Source: a virus (Duplodnaviria; Heunggongvirae; Uroviricota; Caudoviricetes). From it: DNA of 52,843 nt. The stretch lies in IMG/VR virus record IMGVR_UViG_3300017917_003366. One strand, written 5' to 3'. The translations under genes and the position numbers were made by a program. Of the stretch, positions 1 to 10,835 are shown piece after piece. How positions within the stretch are numbered: the stretch's first letter is position 1; each line of letters opens with the position of its first letter. A model generated the notes under the pieces. The model saw only the letters and a program-made list of their open reading frames with translations, searched no databases and was not told where the DNA came from.

Positions 1-2
1 TC

Positions 3-137
3 AGTTGGGTTAATGATTTCATAGAGTACCTCTTTTTCCATCATTTCTGCATTGTCCGTCCATCCCAAATCTGTTTTAAAAGAATGGGTTGGATTTACAA
101 CTAGATTTTGGTCAGTATTTTTTCTTAATATTTCCAC
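3..137 (-). CDS. Partial CDS (3' end outside window), probable structural protein
   Basis: GTG at 137-135, 1 nt after the upstream stop. Open frame MEILRKNTDQNLVVNPTHSFKTDLGWTDNAEMMEKEVLYEIINPT runs to the window edge. Not in the ORF track. Confidence 0.6.
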   Translation of the reverse strand, partial: MEILRKNTDQNLVVNPTHSFKTDLGWTDNAEMMEKEVLYEIINPT

Positions 138-138
138 T

Positions 139-1881
139 TTAACACTTAAATCTTTTTACTGTTTTATTTCCGTCTTGCTTATTTCTATATTGTTGTTCAT
201 TACGTAAATAGAAATTAATATCATTCTTCACATAATGAATATTATTTATAAATGGATAACTTGTACCAAATCCTTCTGGGTCGATAAATCCATGGTCATA
301 AACATCCCTCCATTTCCACAATAATTCGTTCTCAAAATATTTTGCATTTTGAGGTAATCCATATATTTGATTTGTATTGGACGATTCAACATATGGAGAC
401 AATTGTCTTAATTTTATTCTATAATGTGGTTGATAGTATAATCCCACCATATTATTTGCCGATGAACCTGAGAATGTTAAAGGGTCATCTTGGCTGTGGT
501 CAAAAATTAGAGTCGGGTTTGTTATTTTATGGTATGCCTCACTGATAACTCTTTCTTTTAATTCGGACCTATTATATTCTATAAATGCACCATTAAGTGT
601 TGTTCCTGTTGTTATCGTGCCACCCGAAACAAATGTTACTCCTGATTTTGTAAAAGAACCATAAGGAACCGTTGTTTCAACAGATGTTGACCCACTAAAA
701 TGTTCATCAATCCAAGTATCGTGGAAATTAAATTTATATCCTACTTTATAGGGATAATTAAAATATCCGTTTTTATTTTTGAAAACTATCGAAACATAAA
801 CGTCAGTTGGTAAATAACCAAGATTATTTGTTAATCCTGTTAATGTGAATGGTTCCTTGAAATCATAAATTAATGACTCCATTCTATTTCTATTAACCAC
901 CACATCGTTATCACCAACACTATTTTCAAATATCAATTTTCTTTCGTTTTCCCATATTGGTGATTCGAACCCAATTTTGTCAAGTATAAATGCATCACCC
1001 ATAGTTAATACTTTATGTTTGTGAACATAGTATGTTGATATGGTGTCATCCAATCTATTTCTATTAATACATCTTTTACCAAAAACAACGGTAGATAATG
1101 TTGTGCCTGACGGTATTTCCGATTTACTAATTTCTAAAACATAATTTTCTGAATTATACTTTTCATCACCAACGGAAACAACTGAAAAAGTTCTTCCTGA
1201 TTGAGGTATCGTGTTGTTTAAAGTTCCTCCTGATATCACCACATATTCACCTCTACTGATTCCGTGTTCTACAGGACTTGTTAAGAAATATGATGATTTG
1301 TTCTCTGTTACTCTAAATGGTATACCATCTTCCGCTAAAAAACTAAAAACTGTGTTTCCACTCAACGTATATTTCATCGGATGTTTTGAATCACCCGAAT
1401 AAACATATGATAAACAAATGTTCCAATTATGAAATGGTGCCGTAATCGGAGTAATTTGAACATGGTCAGTTTGACCGGTAATTACAATGTTTTGTGTAAA
1501 CGCCGACAAAACGTTTGTTGGGTTAGAGTTATTTGTTTCTCTTACAACATCATCTCTTAAAAACGCAAATTCATTATAAGGTAAAAATCCATCAAAACGA
1601 TTACCATCGTCGTATACTAAATAAAGATTTTTCTCAAGTGGTTGATATCCTGTTGTACCACTATACAGATTCCTAAAAACCATTTTAAGTTTTCCGTGAA
1701 TTTTATAGTGGGGACTTTCATTTCTTTCTTTAGCAAAAAGAACCGATGTGTCCAATAATATAGTTCTGTCCCCTTCTCTGAGTAAATTTTTAGATTCATC
1801 TAAATTTATTTTTAGATTTAAATCTTCGTCAATTGCTCCAAAGAATTTTTTAGATGGTACTATGAGTCTTTTCTTTTCCAT
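139..1881 (-). CDS. Putative virion structural protein (baseplate periphery), 580 aa
   Basis: Long ORF coupled to the upstream gene (1-nt overlap), downstream of gp6/gp25-like genes. Beta-rich, with many SGxT/TGxT motifs. Confidence 0.6.
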   Translation of the reverse strand: MEKKRLIVPSKKFFGAIDEDLNLKINLDESKNLLREGDRTILLDTSVLFAKERNESPHYKIHGKLKMVFRNLYSGTTGYQPLEKNLYLVYDDGNRFDGFLPYNEFAFLRDDVVRETNNSNPTNVLSAFTQNIVITGQTDHVQITPITAPFHNWNICLSYVYSGDSKHPMKYTLSGNTVFSFLAEDGIPFRVTENKSSYFLTSPVEHGISRGEYVVISGGTLNNTIPQSGRTFSVVSVGDEKYNSENYVLEISKSEIPSGTTLSTVVFGKRCINRNRLDDTISTYYVHKHKVLTMGDAFILDKIGFESPIWENERKLIFENSVGDNDVVVNRNRMESLIYDFKEPFTLTGLTNNLGYLPTDVYVSIVFKNKNGYFNYPYKVGYKFNFHDTWIDEHFSGSTSVETTVPYGSFTKSGVTFVSGGTITTGTTLNGAFIEYNRSELKERVISEAYHKITNPTLIFDHSQDDPLTFSGSSANNMVGLYYQPHYRIKLRQLSPYVESSNTNQIYGLPQNAKYFENELLWKWRDVYDHGFIDPEGFGTSYPFINNIHYVKNDINFYLRNEQQYRNKQDGNKTVKRFKC

Positions 1882-4800
1882 TATTCAGCTGATGGGAACG
1901 CACCTTTTGGTCCGAATTTTTGTATGAATTTATCAACCGCAGTTTTACCAGGTCTTAAACCAAAATAAAATAAAAATGGTGTTGATAAAATTTGTTTATT
2001 ACCGCTATAATTTATTGTTGTCGGTTTAATAATAAAATCAGTATCGTATGTCCATGATTGTGACGCCCAGTTACCTGTATCACCTGTTCTTGTATATAAA
2101 GTTCCGGTAAGTGCATTTTCAATTCTTTGGTCTTCAGTTGTACCCGATGCCCAAGTTGTGATATATAGATATGTGTAACCTTCTTCTTGGTTATTGAAGT
2201 TTAAGTAGTCAGAAGCACCATAAGTCGCAGATGTTCTCTCAATATTGAATGTGACTTCGTTGTAACTAACTCCACTAATTGTTTTAGTTAATCCTGAATA
2301 ATTTTTTCCCATTGGGAATAAAACATATTTCCACGAAGTGTCTCCCGTATAATTGTATGCATAATGCATACCTTGTAATGGTTGTGTTTGAATATTGGTG
2401 TAGTCCCAAGAATGGTCCGTTCCTGAACCAAAACCTGTACCCTTTTTATCCCATAAAAAGAATGGTACTGTTTGTGACGATTCCGTTAAACGACCAACTT
2501 CATTTATACAACTTCTAACTCTATAACCATCATCATCTAAAACAAAATTAATAGGTAATGGTCCCCAATTCCCTAAACTATCTTTAAATAAAGAAGGGTA
2601 TTGTTCGGGGTCAACTACTTGATATGAGTATGGTGCGTAATTTTTATTCTGTAAATCAAATTCTTCAATACCAACTTCATTGTTCATTGATATAAGTTGT
2701 AATAAATCCCCATTTAAAATATAACCATCCATTTTAAATGGTAAAATGGGATTAAATCCATTATTATCAAACATGTCGGTATAATCCGCATCGGTACCGA
2801 GAACATCCATTTTGTAATTAATGTATAACCCCAACATTTCTTTAAAGTCCTGTGCAGATGTTGGTCCCACACTTCTAACAACAGAGCAATTTGGGTCCAA
2901 TGACGGGTCAATACATATTTCTTTAATGAATTCATCTCTTGGTCCTAAATCAACAACTGTAGTTGGGTGTCCAAGAGTACTATCACTACTCCATCTACTA
3001 AATGTTGTACCATTAAATTTTGAAGACCTATAATAAAAACGTTTGTCAGCAACTGCTGTCGTTTTTTCTTTTACTTTAAAGTAAACTAAATTTTCACAGT
3101 AATTGGTTCTTCTAACATTTAAATCTAAATCTTCTTCACTATCCCATCTAACTTTCGCTTTAAACGGGAACATGTATAATGACCCCGTTAACCAATTATC
3201 CGTGAACGAATAGTTAACAATGCCCTCACAAAATAATTTAGCTACAAGTTTTCTTCTACAATATTCACTAATGGCTTTAAAATTATGTGTCCAGTTATCT
3301 GAAGACGCCGCAGGAATTATAGTAAAAACACCTCTTCTAAATTCAGAATAACCACTATGAGTAACACAGGTCGAGCATGGGTTATTATTTACATTTTTTA
3401 TTACTTGTCCAACAACAAAATTACTACAGGTAGTTCCATTCACTAAATTAGACACTGAAAGTCCTGTATACGCAATATTGGCATCGTTTGAACAGTATGA
3501 TTGAGAAACAATGTTTTCATTGTAAACGGTCATATATGAACCACAACCTGAGGGTAAACTATTATCGTCTTGATTACTTGTTGACCCACCTCCCACAAGT
3601 AGTGAGGTAGAATCATAAATTTCGTAAGTCACACCTGTCCATGTTCCATTCCATACAACCCATTGGTTTGTGTTGGAACTATCTGAATGTAAATAATGGG
3701 TATTTCCACCGTCAACATACGTGTCAATATTTAATGTATTTGATAATCCCGTATTATATGATGATGAAGGTGTACCTCCCAAATATGAAATTAATTTTAT
3801 ATAATAAACAGTTCCTGTTGAGTTGTTGGTGTATATTGTGGATAACGTTTGTCCTGATGAAGGATTTGGTGTATATGTCGATAATCCATTAATATCACTC
3901 AATATTAATTCGTTATTGTTTGAAATGGGGTCAAGCCATGGTTGTGATGTTGTACTATCACAATCAACAATTAAATTATAGGTACCATCAAGGGTTGATA
4001 ATGTTCCTGTTTTAACACATCTTGTTTGAGTATCTCCCGTATCAACATACAGATTGGTTGATGACGTTCCCGAACAAGGTATAAATGTAAATGTTGCACC
4101 TGATGCTCCACCATATAATTCATATTCATCACAACTAGTTACAATCGTAAACGCATCCCTTAAAGCCGTTCCCGAACCAACCATGTGATATAGTAAAGAT
4201 GGGTCGGTAGTTCCTGTTGTGTTTGGTACTGATGGGGTTTCATCTATTTGGTCACAATTCTCACATTCAGGGTATATCGCAAGACCTAATCTTACGGTTC
4301 CAAAACGTTGTATCGCTTCAATTACCCCATCTAAAAATTCGAATGGTCTCCAGTTAATTAGAGTAACACCAAACGCCCTTATGTAAATTCTAAAACTATA
4401 AAAGATTTGAAATGGCCATATTAGCACTTGCATCAACCCAACTAACGCGGTATAAACAATTCTTTCAAATATGTTTAATATAATTGCCAGGAGAATTGAA
4501 AAATTAAATTTTTGAATACCCCAATTGACTGGTGGTGTATTAACGTTACTTTGACAATCCTCTTCTTCTTTTGGAGAAATCTCTTTAATTCCTAAGAATG
4601 TATTTCTATTGAATCCACCTGAAGAATACTGTCCACCCATAAAGGATGAAACACCATAAACCTTATTATATGTGAATCTATAAAAATAATCCTCAGGATA
4701 GTAACTTCCCATCACCGAATTAAAGATGTATGAACTATTTAAAGCGGATGCCGGGTAATCAGACCAATCGGTTGACCAAGCATAAGATGCCTCAATGTCA

Positions 4801-5960
4801 TTTTGAAACTCTCTGATGTTTGGAATTAGGTAACTTGCCGTTGTTCTAACCCTACCTAAAGTTTCATTTTTTATTGAAACTCTAAATCGATAACAAGACG
4901 ATGTTGGTATACCTTTATTTGGGTCATTGGTATATTCATTCTCACCAAATTCATTGGTGTACAAATAATCCATGTTCATTGGTAGAGGTAAAACGAATGA
5001 ACCGTCATCCTCCACATCTTCCTCCACTTCTAAAAATTCTAATATCGGTCTATTCTGACTATCTTTTTTACTTGTAAATCGTAATATTTCAATTTTAGCG
5101 GGAAATGTAGTTAAATCACACTTTCTACCCATCTTACTTTTTGGAGTACAGTTTTTGTTTACTGTATTTGTTCCTTGGTCAGAATAAATGGAACCTAGTA
5201 GATAAGCTTTAGGTTCAATTCTCACCCCCTTATTTGATAGGTCAAAATCCGTCCTTGTTAATCCGATTTCACATAAATCTTCATTTCCCCAAAATGGGTA
5301 AACCTCAATTGTTTGATTAAACGAAACAATTTGTGGTAATGCGTCAAGGTCTTCAGATGATTTAAAAGTATATTCATTTTTGAATTGGTCAACTCCCATA
5401 CCCTGACGAATAAAATCATCAGGTCTCAATGAGAAACAACCAATATCTGAAAGGTCAACATCAACATGAATGGTTTGAGTTCCGAGAGGGACTCCCCAAA
5501 TCATAAAGTCACCAGCATCATTTGTTTTTGCGGTGTACTTGTAATATTTTTCATAAACCTCAAGAACCTCTTCTCTTGTTAAAACATCTTTTTGGTCGGG
5601 GAATGTACCTGTTGGAGCATGTCCTCCGTGTTGTTTTCTTGATGGAAGTAGGTTATACCTATGTCCTGTATCATTTTTATCTGATACGGTTGTAAATGGG
5701 TATAACTGTGAAACTACAGGGTCCTCACTATCACTCTCACTTAATGGGACAAATATTGAAATCCTTGCGTTCGGAACACCAAAACCATTATTAACTGATA
5801 TTCTACCTACAACCACCCCGTAATCGGAGCACATTGATGTATAAACATCCGTTTGGGTGAATTTTAATGATAAAATTTCCAATAAGTCATAGTCCTGTTT
5901 TAATTCAACTGTGACTTTTTGGTCCCTACCTATATTTGTGGTTATTCTGTGTTTCTGCAT
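1881..5960 (-). CDS. Large putative baseplate/tail-associated protein, 1359 aa; N-terminal carboxypeptidase-regulatory-like beta sandwich, central hydrophobic segment, Cys-rich
   Basis: GVVVGRISVNNGFGVPNARISIF...KTNDAGDFMIWGVPLGTQTIHV pattern; TATTTATA motif upstream; next to the wedge gene. Confidence 0.55.
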   Translation of the reverse strand: MQKHRITTNIGRDQKVTVELKQDYDLLEILSLKFTQTDVYTSMCSDYGVVVGRISVNNGFGVPNARISIFVPLSESDSEDPVVSQLYPFTTVSDKNDTGHRYNLLPSRKQHGGHAPTGTFPDQKDVLTREEVLEVYEKYYKYTAKTNDAGDFMIWGVPLGTQTIHVDVDLSDIGCFSLRPDDFIRQGMGVDQFKNEYTFKSSEDLDALPQIVSFNQTIEVYPFWGNEDLCEIGLTRTDFDLSNKGVRIEPKAYLLGSIYSDQGTNTVNKNCTPKSKMGRKCDLTTFPAKIEILRFTSKKDSQNRPILEFLEVEEDVEDDGSFVLPLPMNMDYLYTNEFGENEYTNDPNKGIPTSSCYRFRVSIKNETLGRVRTTASYLIPNIREFQNDIEASYAWSTDWSDYPASALNSSYIFNSVMGSYYPEDYFYRFTYNKVYGVSSFMGGQYSSGGFNRNTFLGIKEISPKEEEDCQSNVNTPPVNWGIQKFNFSILLAIILNIFERIVYTALVGLMQVLIWPFQIFYSFRIYIRAFGVTLINWRPFEFLDGVIEAIQRFGTVRLGLAIYPECENCDQIDETPSVPNTTGTTDPSLLYHMVGSGTALRDAFTIVTSCDEYELYGGASGATFTFIPCSGTSSTNLYVDTGDTQTRCVKTGTLSTLDGTYNLIVDCDSTTSQPWLDPISNNNELILSDINGLSTYTPNPSSGQTLSTIYTNNSTGTVYYIKLISYLGGTPSSSYNTGLSNTLNIDTYVDGGNTHYLHSDSSNTNQWVVWNGTWTGVTYEIYDSTSLLVGGGSTSNQDDNSLPSGCGSYMTVYNENIVSQSYCSNDANIAYTGLSVSNLVNGTTCSNFVVGQVIKNVNNNPCSTCVTHSGYSEFRRGVFTIIPAASSDNWTHNFKAISEYCRRKLVAKLFCEGIVNYSFTDNWLTGSLYMFPFKAKVRWDSEEDLDLNVRRTNYCENLVYFKVKEKTTAVADKRFYYRSSKFNGTTFSRWSSDSTLGHPTTVVDLGPRDEFIKEICIDPSLDPNCSVVRSVGPTSAQDFKEMLGLYINYKMDVLGTDADYTDMFDNNGFNPILPFKMDGYILNGDLLQLISMNNEVGIEEFDLQNKNYAPYSYQVVDPEQYPSLFKDSLGNWGPLPINFVLDDDGYRVRSCINEVGRLTESSQTVPFFLWDKKGTGFGSGTDHSWDYTNIQTQPLQGMHYAYNYTGDTSWKYVLFPMGKNYSGLTKTISGVSYNEVTFNIERTSATYGASDYLNFNNQEEGYTYLYITTWASGTTEDQRIENALTGTLYTRTGDTGNWASQSWTYDTDFIIKPTTINYSGNKQILSTPFLFYFGLRPGKTAVDKFIQKFGPKGAFPSAE

Positions 5961-5970
5961 ACCTTACCTA

Positions 5971-5978
5971 TATAAATA
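5971..5978 (-). promoter_or_regulatory. Putative late promoter motif TATTTATA
   Basis: 10 nt upstream of the ATG at 5960; recurs before structural genes. Confidence 0.65.
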
Positions 5979-6018
5979 GAAATCTATTTATTTTCTTAAA
6001 AAATACAGAAAATAAAAA

Positions 6019-7851
6019 TTAGAATGTAGTCGAACCGAGAGTTTTGACTCTTATTTTGATATCTTTATTCGGGAATCTTATTTGGAAAATCTGATTTGAT
6101 TTCATGTAGATTGTCATATCAGATTGTAAGATTTCTTTTGTTGCTGGGTCAGAATAAGATTGTGCAACTTCCGCACTTGAGTATTCTCCACCGGTTAGAT
6201 TGAAAACTCTCACATCTACGACGTTTACAACACCGTTAACTTGACCAATTAAACGATTTAAATCACCAACAAGTAATGGGTCCCCCATTTTTCTTTTTTC
6301 GATTGCGAAATAATCAACAATATCCTCAATTGAGTTTGTGATAATTTCAGTTTGATTACCGTTTTTATCAATAACCAAATCAATTTCAAGTCCCATGTCA
6401 ATTACTTGACCACTTTCAATATCCACATAATCGTTAATCATGCGATATTCAGATAGGTAATTTAAAATATTGTTTTTCAATGTGGTAGATACGGTATCAG
6501 AAAGATTTCCGTTCTCGTCATATGATAACAATTTGATTTTTACCTTATTATCTTCTTCCATTACATTAACCTTAGCAGGTGCTCCGTATGTGGATGGCAT
6601 TGTTTCAATCAATGATTTATAATCATTCAATGTAACCGCCCTGTTTTGTGCCGCAAAGTTGTATGCAATCATGTTTCTGATTTCATCAATTGAAGGTTGG
6701 TCAGCTCCACCGATTGCCGGTGTAATGTTTGTTACAATTAGAGATTGATTTACTTGGGTGTTTATTGATGAATTTGGTCCCGTTAATACAAAATCCACAT
6801 CATCAATACTTGTAATGACGTTCACTCCCAAATTACTGTCTTTACCTCCACCAATACGATATTTGATGAATACTGTGGTTCCTACTTTAGGTAGTGCACC
6901 TAATGACATATTATTTAGGTATGTTCCCAAGTTTACTTTTAGTGAACCATTCATATAATCATCAAGATTATCCATCGGGTCCACGTTACCACTACCAAAG
7001 GTTACTGAGAAGTAACTTTCAGGGGTATATTCTGTAATAAATTTATTAGCAACTGAAATGTATTTTCCTGCTCTGAAATTATCTCTATCAGAAGCATTTG
7101 TTGGGTCCTGAACGAATACTTTATCTTGGATTAAAGATTTAACCTCATACCATTTATTCGTTGGGTCCAAGAATTCTGAGTTTGTTGGATTACCGGCGAA
7201 TGATGTTCCGTCTTTATGGATTACTGCAGTTACACCCAAAACATTTTGTTCAGGTAAATAAAGTTTTAAGAAAGGTTTTTGGTCAAGTTCAGTTATAACT
7301 TTTCTGAAAATTCTTGTGACACCGTTAACAACCGCTTCTCTTTTAACAATTGTGTATGATACTAATCTATTGTTACCATCAAAATTTGGAATCTTTAATC
7401 TGTTAGGTTCTCCTTTACTATTGAATGGGTTAGCAAAATCAATATCCTCAATCGTTTCAAATGATTGTCCACCACCACTAACCTGAGCACCGGCTTTAAT
7501 TGTACCCAAATAACGTTCATCTTCTTTATCACCTCTAACAGGGACATTTATACTAAAATCACACAATGCAACTGAAGGTCTCGTACCCGGTAATCTGATA
7601 CCATATGTTTTAGCAATATGAAAAAGAGATTGTCTTTGTTGTGCAAAGTCCAACATCGTTTCTTGCCAAACTCTATCAATATGGTAATGTAAGTTATCGG
7701 TAACCGCCGCGTTTAAATCTAATAATACAGAATAAATTGACGCATCATTAGTATTCTTTACTAAATCAGGATAATATTCTTTTGTGAGATTAACTAATTC
7801 TTGTCTTAACCCCGCAAAATCTCTTGTTGCGTATGATATCTTTTTAGCCAT
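6019..7851 (-). CDS. Baseplate wedge subunit (T4 gp6 / baseplate J-like)
   Basis: ISYATRDFAGLRQELV N-terminus, GGADQPSIDEIR and AQNRAVTLNDY motifs typical of gp6-like proteins; follows the gp25-like gene. Confidence 0.85.
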   Translation of the reverse strand: MAKKISYATRDFAGLRQELVNLTKEYYPDLVKNTNDASIYSVLLDLNAAVTDNLHYHIDRVWQETMLDFAQQRQSLFHIAKTYGIRLPGTRPSVALCDFSINVPVRGDKEDERYLGTIKAGAQVSGGGQSFETIEDIDFANPFNSKGEPNRLKIPNFDGNNRLVSYTIVKREAVVNGVTRIFRKVITELDQKPFLKLYLPEQNVLGVTAVIHKDGTSFAGNPTNSEFLDPTNKWYEVKSLIQDKVFVQDPTNASDRDNFRAGKYISVANKFITEYTPESYFSVTFGSGNVDPMDNLDDYMNGSLKVNLGTYLNNMSLGALPKVGTTVFIKYRIGGGKDSNLGVNVITSIDDVDFVLTGPNSSINTQVNQSLIVTNITPAIGGADQPSIDEIRNMIAYNFAAQNRAVTLNDYKSLIETMPSTYGAPAKVNVMEEDNKVKIKLLSYDENGNLSDTVSTTLKNNILNYLSEYRMINDYVDIESGQVIDMGLEIDLVIDKNGNQTEIITNSIEDIVDYFAIEKRKMGDPLLVGDLNRLIGQVNGVVNVVDVRVFNLTGGEYSSAEVAQSYSDPATKEILQSDMTIYMKSNQIFQIRFPNKDIKIRVKTLGSTTF

Positions 7852-7852
7852 G

Positions 7853-8305
7853 TTATATGTTAATAATTATAAAATCTGACGAACTAAATGGTTCATTATT
7901 AATGTCGTAATCGAGTCTAACTTTCGCAGTGTATGGTTTACTTGAACTATCCGATACCCTAAATAATCTTGCATCGTCTTCCTCACTTACACTTCTTGGT
8001 TCCTCATCATCTTGGTCCGCAGCAGTAATTCTTATTGATGTGATATCCAAATTAGGAATGTATTTTTTTACCGTGGTTCTTATCTCATCCTCAATCATTT
8101 GGAATGTAACCGCGTCGTTTGGTTCAAAAATGAACTCATACAATCTCGTACCAAAATCAGGTAAATAATAACGTGTACCTCTTCTGGTTAAAATTAGATG
8201 TAATAGATTCGCCCTAATCTCCCTGTCAGGTGCTTCTGTCATCTCAAGGAAATTACCTTTTCTACTCTCTCTAAATGGATAATCTATACCATACGTTGTC
8301 GCCAT
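7853..8305 (-). CDS. Baseplate wedge / sheath initiator (T4 gp25 / GpW-like)
   Basis: IRANLLHLILTRRGTRYYLPDFGTRLYEFIFEP signature. Confidence 0.9.
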   Translation of the reverse strand: MATTYGIDYPFRESRKGNFLEMTEAPDREIRANLLHLILTRRGTRYYLPDFGTRLYEFIFEPNDAVTFQMIEDEIRTTVKKYIPNLDITSIRITAADQDDEEPRSVSEEDDARLFRVSDSSSKPYTAKVRLDYDINNEPFSSSDFIIINI

Positions 8306-8308
8306 ATC

Positions 8309-8343
8309 AATAAATATAAAGAAAGCCGGAATACATATAAATA
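8309..8343 (-). promoter_or_regulatory. Two putative late promoter motifs (TATTTATT 8309-8316; TATTTATA 8336-8343)
   Basis: Upstream of the gp25-like ATG and just past the nrdA terminator. Confidence 0.6.
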
Positions 8344-8368
8344 AAAAATCCCGACTAATGTCGGGATT
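8343..8368 (-). terminator. Intrinsic terminator after nrdA
   Basis: Inverted repeat AATCCCGAC/GTCGGGATT, followed by a T tract on the minus strand. Confidence 0.8.
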
Positions 8369-8392
8369 ATGTAGGTTTAGTGTTAACTTATT

Positions 8393-10831
8393 TTAGGAAC
8401 CACATCCTTCACACTCAAATGGTGAATCTGTGGGTCTTGATACATTAACCATCTCCATTAACTTCATTTCTTCTGAAGTGTCCTGAATAAAGTTATTAGT
8501 TGTAGGTACCTCAATAGCTTCAGAAACAGGTTTAACGGTAGAAGTATCAATTCCTAACCCTTTTAGTGGGTCAACCGCTGCTCTTGTTCTGAGGTAGTAC
8601 ATACCAGTTTTCAATCCAAGTTTCCAACCGTAAAGATGTGCCGCCAATACTTTTTGTTTGGAAGCATTATCAATGAATAAATTCAATGATTGTGATTGGT
8701 CAATAAAGATTGAACGATTTGCCGCCATGGATAAGATTCTCTTTTGTGACATCTCCCATACGGTTTTAAACACCTCTTTGATATCTGTTGGGATTTCAGG
8801 AATGTTCTGAACCGAACCGTTTTCCATAATCAACTTTTTCTTGATGTCGTCTGACCATATTTTTCTTTCGAGTAATACTTTAACTAAGTGTTTGTTTACC
8901 ACAATAAATTCACCACCAAGAGTTCTTCTTGAGAATAAATTAGATGTGAATGGTTCAAACGCTTCGTTATTACCTAAAATTTGTGCGGTAGATGCAGTTG
9001 GCATAGGTGCCACCAATAATGAATTTCTAACACCGAATTTTAAAATCTCTTTTCTTAAAGATTTCCAATCCCATCTACCACTCATCTCCTTATCGGATTT
9101 ACCCCATAATTGATATTGGAAAATACCTTCAGAAAGTGGTGAACCATTAAAAGTTTCGTATGCTCCGTTTTCTTTAGCAACATCTTTTGATGAAGCCAGT
9201 GCAGCGAAATAAATTGTTTCGAAAATATCCGTTTGTAGTTTGTCGGCATTTTCACTTTCAAATGGTAGTGACAACATACAGAATACATCCGCCAATCCTT
9301 GAACACCTAAACCAACAGGTCTGTGTCTCATATTTGAACGTTTTGTTTCCTCAGTTGGGTAGAAGTTCAAGTCAATTACGTTATTCAAATTTTGTACAAC
9401 TTGGTAGGTGTACTCATATAATAATTCATGACTGAATTCACCATCTACCACATATTTTGGTAATGCAATCGATGCCAAGTTACAAACCGCCTGTTCTTCA
9501 GGACTTGAGTACTCAATAATCTCCGTACATAAGTTTGAAGATTTAATTGTTCCCAAATTCTTTTGATTTGATTTGTAGTTTGCCGAGTCTTTATATAACA
9601 TATAAGGCGTTCCCGTTTCAATCTGTGCAGTAAGAATTGAATCCATCAATTTTCTTGCCTTAACAGTTTTACGTGCTCTACCTTCTTGTTCGTATTGTTC
9701 ATATAAACGAGTGAACGCCTTGTCTTCGGGTGTATCATACGTATCAGATAAACCTGGCGCTTCGTCAGGTGAGAATAATGACCAATCTCCGTCACTCTCA
9801 ACTCGTTGCATAAATAAATCAGGTGTCCACATTGCCAAGAACAAATCTCTTGCTCTCATCTCTTCTTTACCGTGATTCTTTCTTAAATCAATAAATTCGA
9901 AAACGTCAGCGTGCCATGGTTCAAGGTAAACAGCAAAAGAACCCTTTCTTTTACCACCCTGATTAATCCAACGAGCAACCTCATTGTATGTTTTCATCAT
10001 AGGAAGAAGTCCATCAGATTCTCCGCCTGTACCTTTAATATATGAACCTTTAGCTCTTACATCGTGTACGTGTAATCCGATACCACCCGCCCATTTAGAA
10101 ATCTTAGCAACGTCCTTAATGGTATCAAATAAACCATCAATATCATCACCTTTGTTTCCAATCAAGAAACAAGAAGACATTTGTGGACGACGAGTTCCTG
10201 CATTGAATAGTGTTGGTGTTGCGTGGGTGTAAAAATGTTGTGATAAATCATCATAGATTCTCAAAGCCATTTCCAAATTACCATTACAAATACCAACGGC
10301 AACTCTCATGTACATGTATTGAGGTCTCTCAACAATACGTTTACCAATCTTTAAAAGATATGAACGTTCTAATGTTTTAAAACCAAAATAATCAAAATCC
10401 AAATCACGTTCTTGTCTGATTGCACCGTCAAGAACTTCTCTATTCTGATGAACAAACTTAGCAACATTATCATCAATTAATGATGATTCTTTACCTGTTT
10501 TTGGTTCAATAAATGAGTGTAGTTCTTTTATTGCTTGTGAGAACTTCTTTGGAGTTGTTTTATGTAGATTGGATACCGCCAAACGACCTGCTAACTTCGC
10601 ATAATCAGGATGTGTTGTTACTAACGATGCCGCAGTTTCTGCCGCCAATATATCAAGTTCTACAGTTGAGATTCCATCATATATACCTTGTGTTACTTTA
10701 AGAGTAACTAAGGTTGGGTCCACATATTCAATATCCAAATCATCACAGAAGTATTGCATTCTTCTTGTGATTTTATCATATCGCATCTCCTCGAGGGAGC
10801 CATCTCTTTTCTTTACTTTCATATCATTCAA
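8393..10831 (-). CDS. nrdA: Class Ia ribonucleotide reductase large subunit with ATP cone
   Basis: VKKRDG ATP cone, TPTLFNAG, SSCFL, SNLCTEI, VCNLAS, APMPTASTAQ, KTGMYY and C-terminal CEGC. Confidence 0.97.
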   Translation of the reverse strand: MNDMKVKKRDGSLEEMRYDKITRRMQYFCDDLDIEYVDPTLVTLKVTQGIYDGISTVELDILAAETAASLVTTHPDYAKLAGRLAVSNLHKTTPKKFSQAIKELHSFIEPKTGKESSLIDDNVAKFVHQNREVLDGAIRQERDLDFDYFGFKTLERSYLLKIGKRIVERPQYMYMRVAVGICNGNLEMALRIYDDLSQHFYTHATPTLFNAGTRRPQMSSCFLIGNKGDDIDGLFDTIKDVAKISKWAGGIGLHVHDVRAKGSYIKGTGGESDGLLPMMKTYNEVARWINQGGKRKGSFAVYLEPWHADVFEFIDLRKNHGKEEMRARDLFLAMWTPDLFMQRVESDGDWSLFSPDEAPGLSDTYDTPEDKAFTRLYEQYEQEGRARKTVKARKLMDSILTAQIETGTPYMLYKDSANYKSNQKNLGTIKSSNLCTEIIEYSSPEEQAVCNLASIALPKYVVDGEFSHELLYEYTYQVVQNLNNVIDLNFYPTEETKRSNMRHRPVGLGVQGLADVFCMLSLPFESENADKLQTDIFETIYFAALASSKDVAKENGAYETFNGSPLSEGIFQYQLWGKSDKEMSGRWDWKSLRKEILKFGVRNSLLVAPMPTASTAQILGNNEAFEPFTSNLFSRRTLGGEFIVVNKHLVKVLLERKIWSDDIKKKLIMENGSVQNIPEIPTDIKEVFKTVWEMSQKRILSMAANRSIFIDQSQSLNLFIDNASKQKVLAAHLYGWKLGLKTGMYYLRTRAAVDPLKGLGIDTSTVKPVSEAIEVPTTNNFIQDTSEEMKLMEMVNVSRPTDSPFECEGCGS

Positions 10832-10835
10832 TTAT

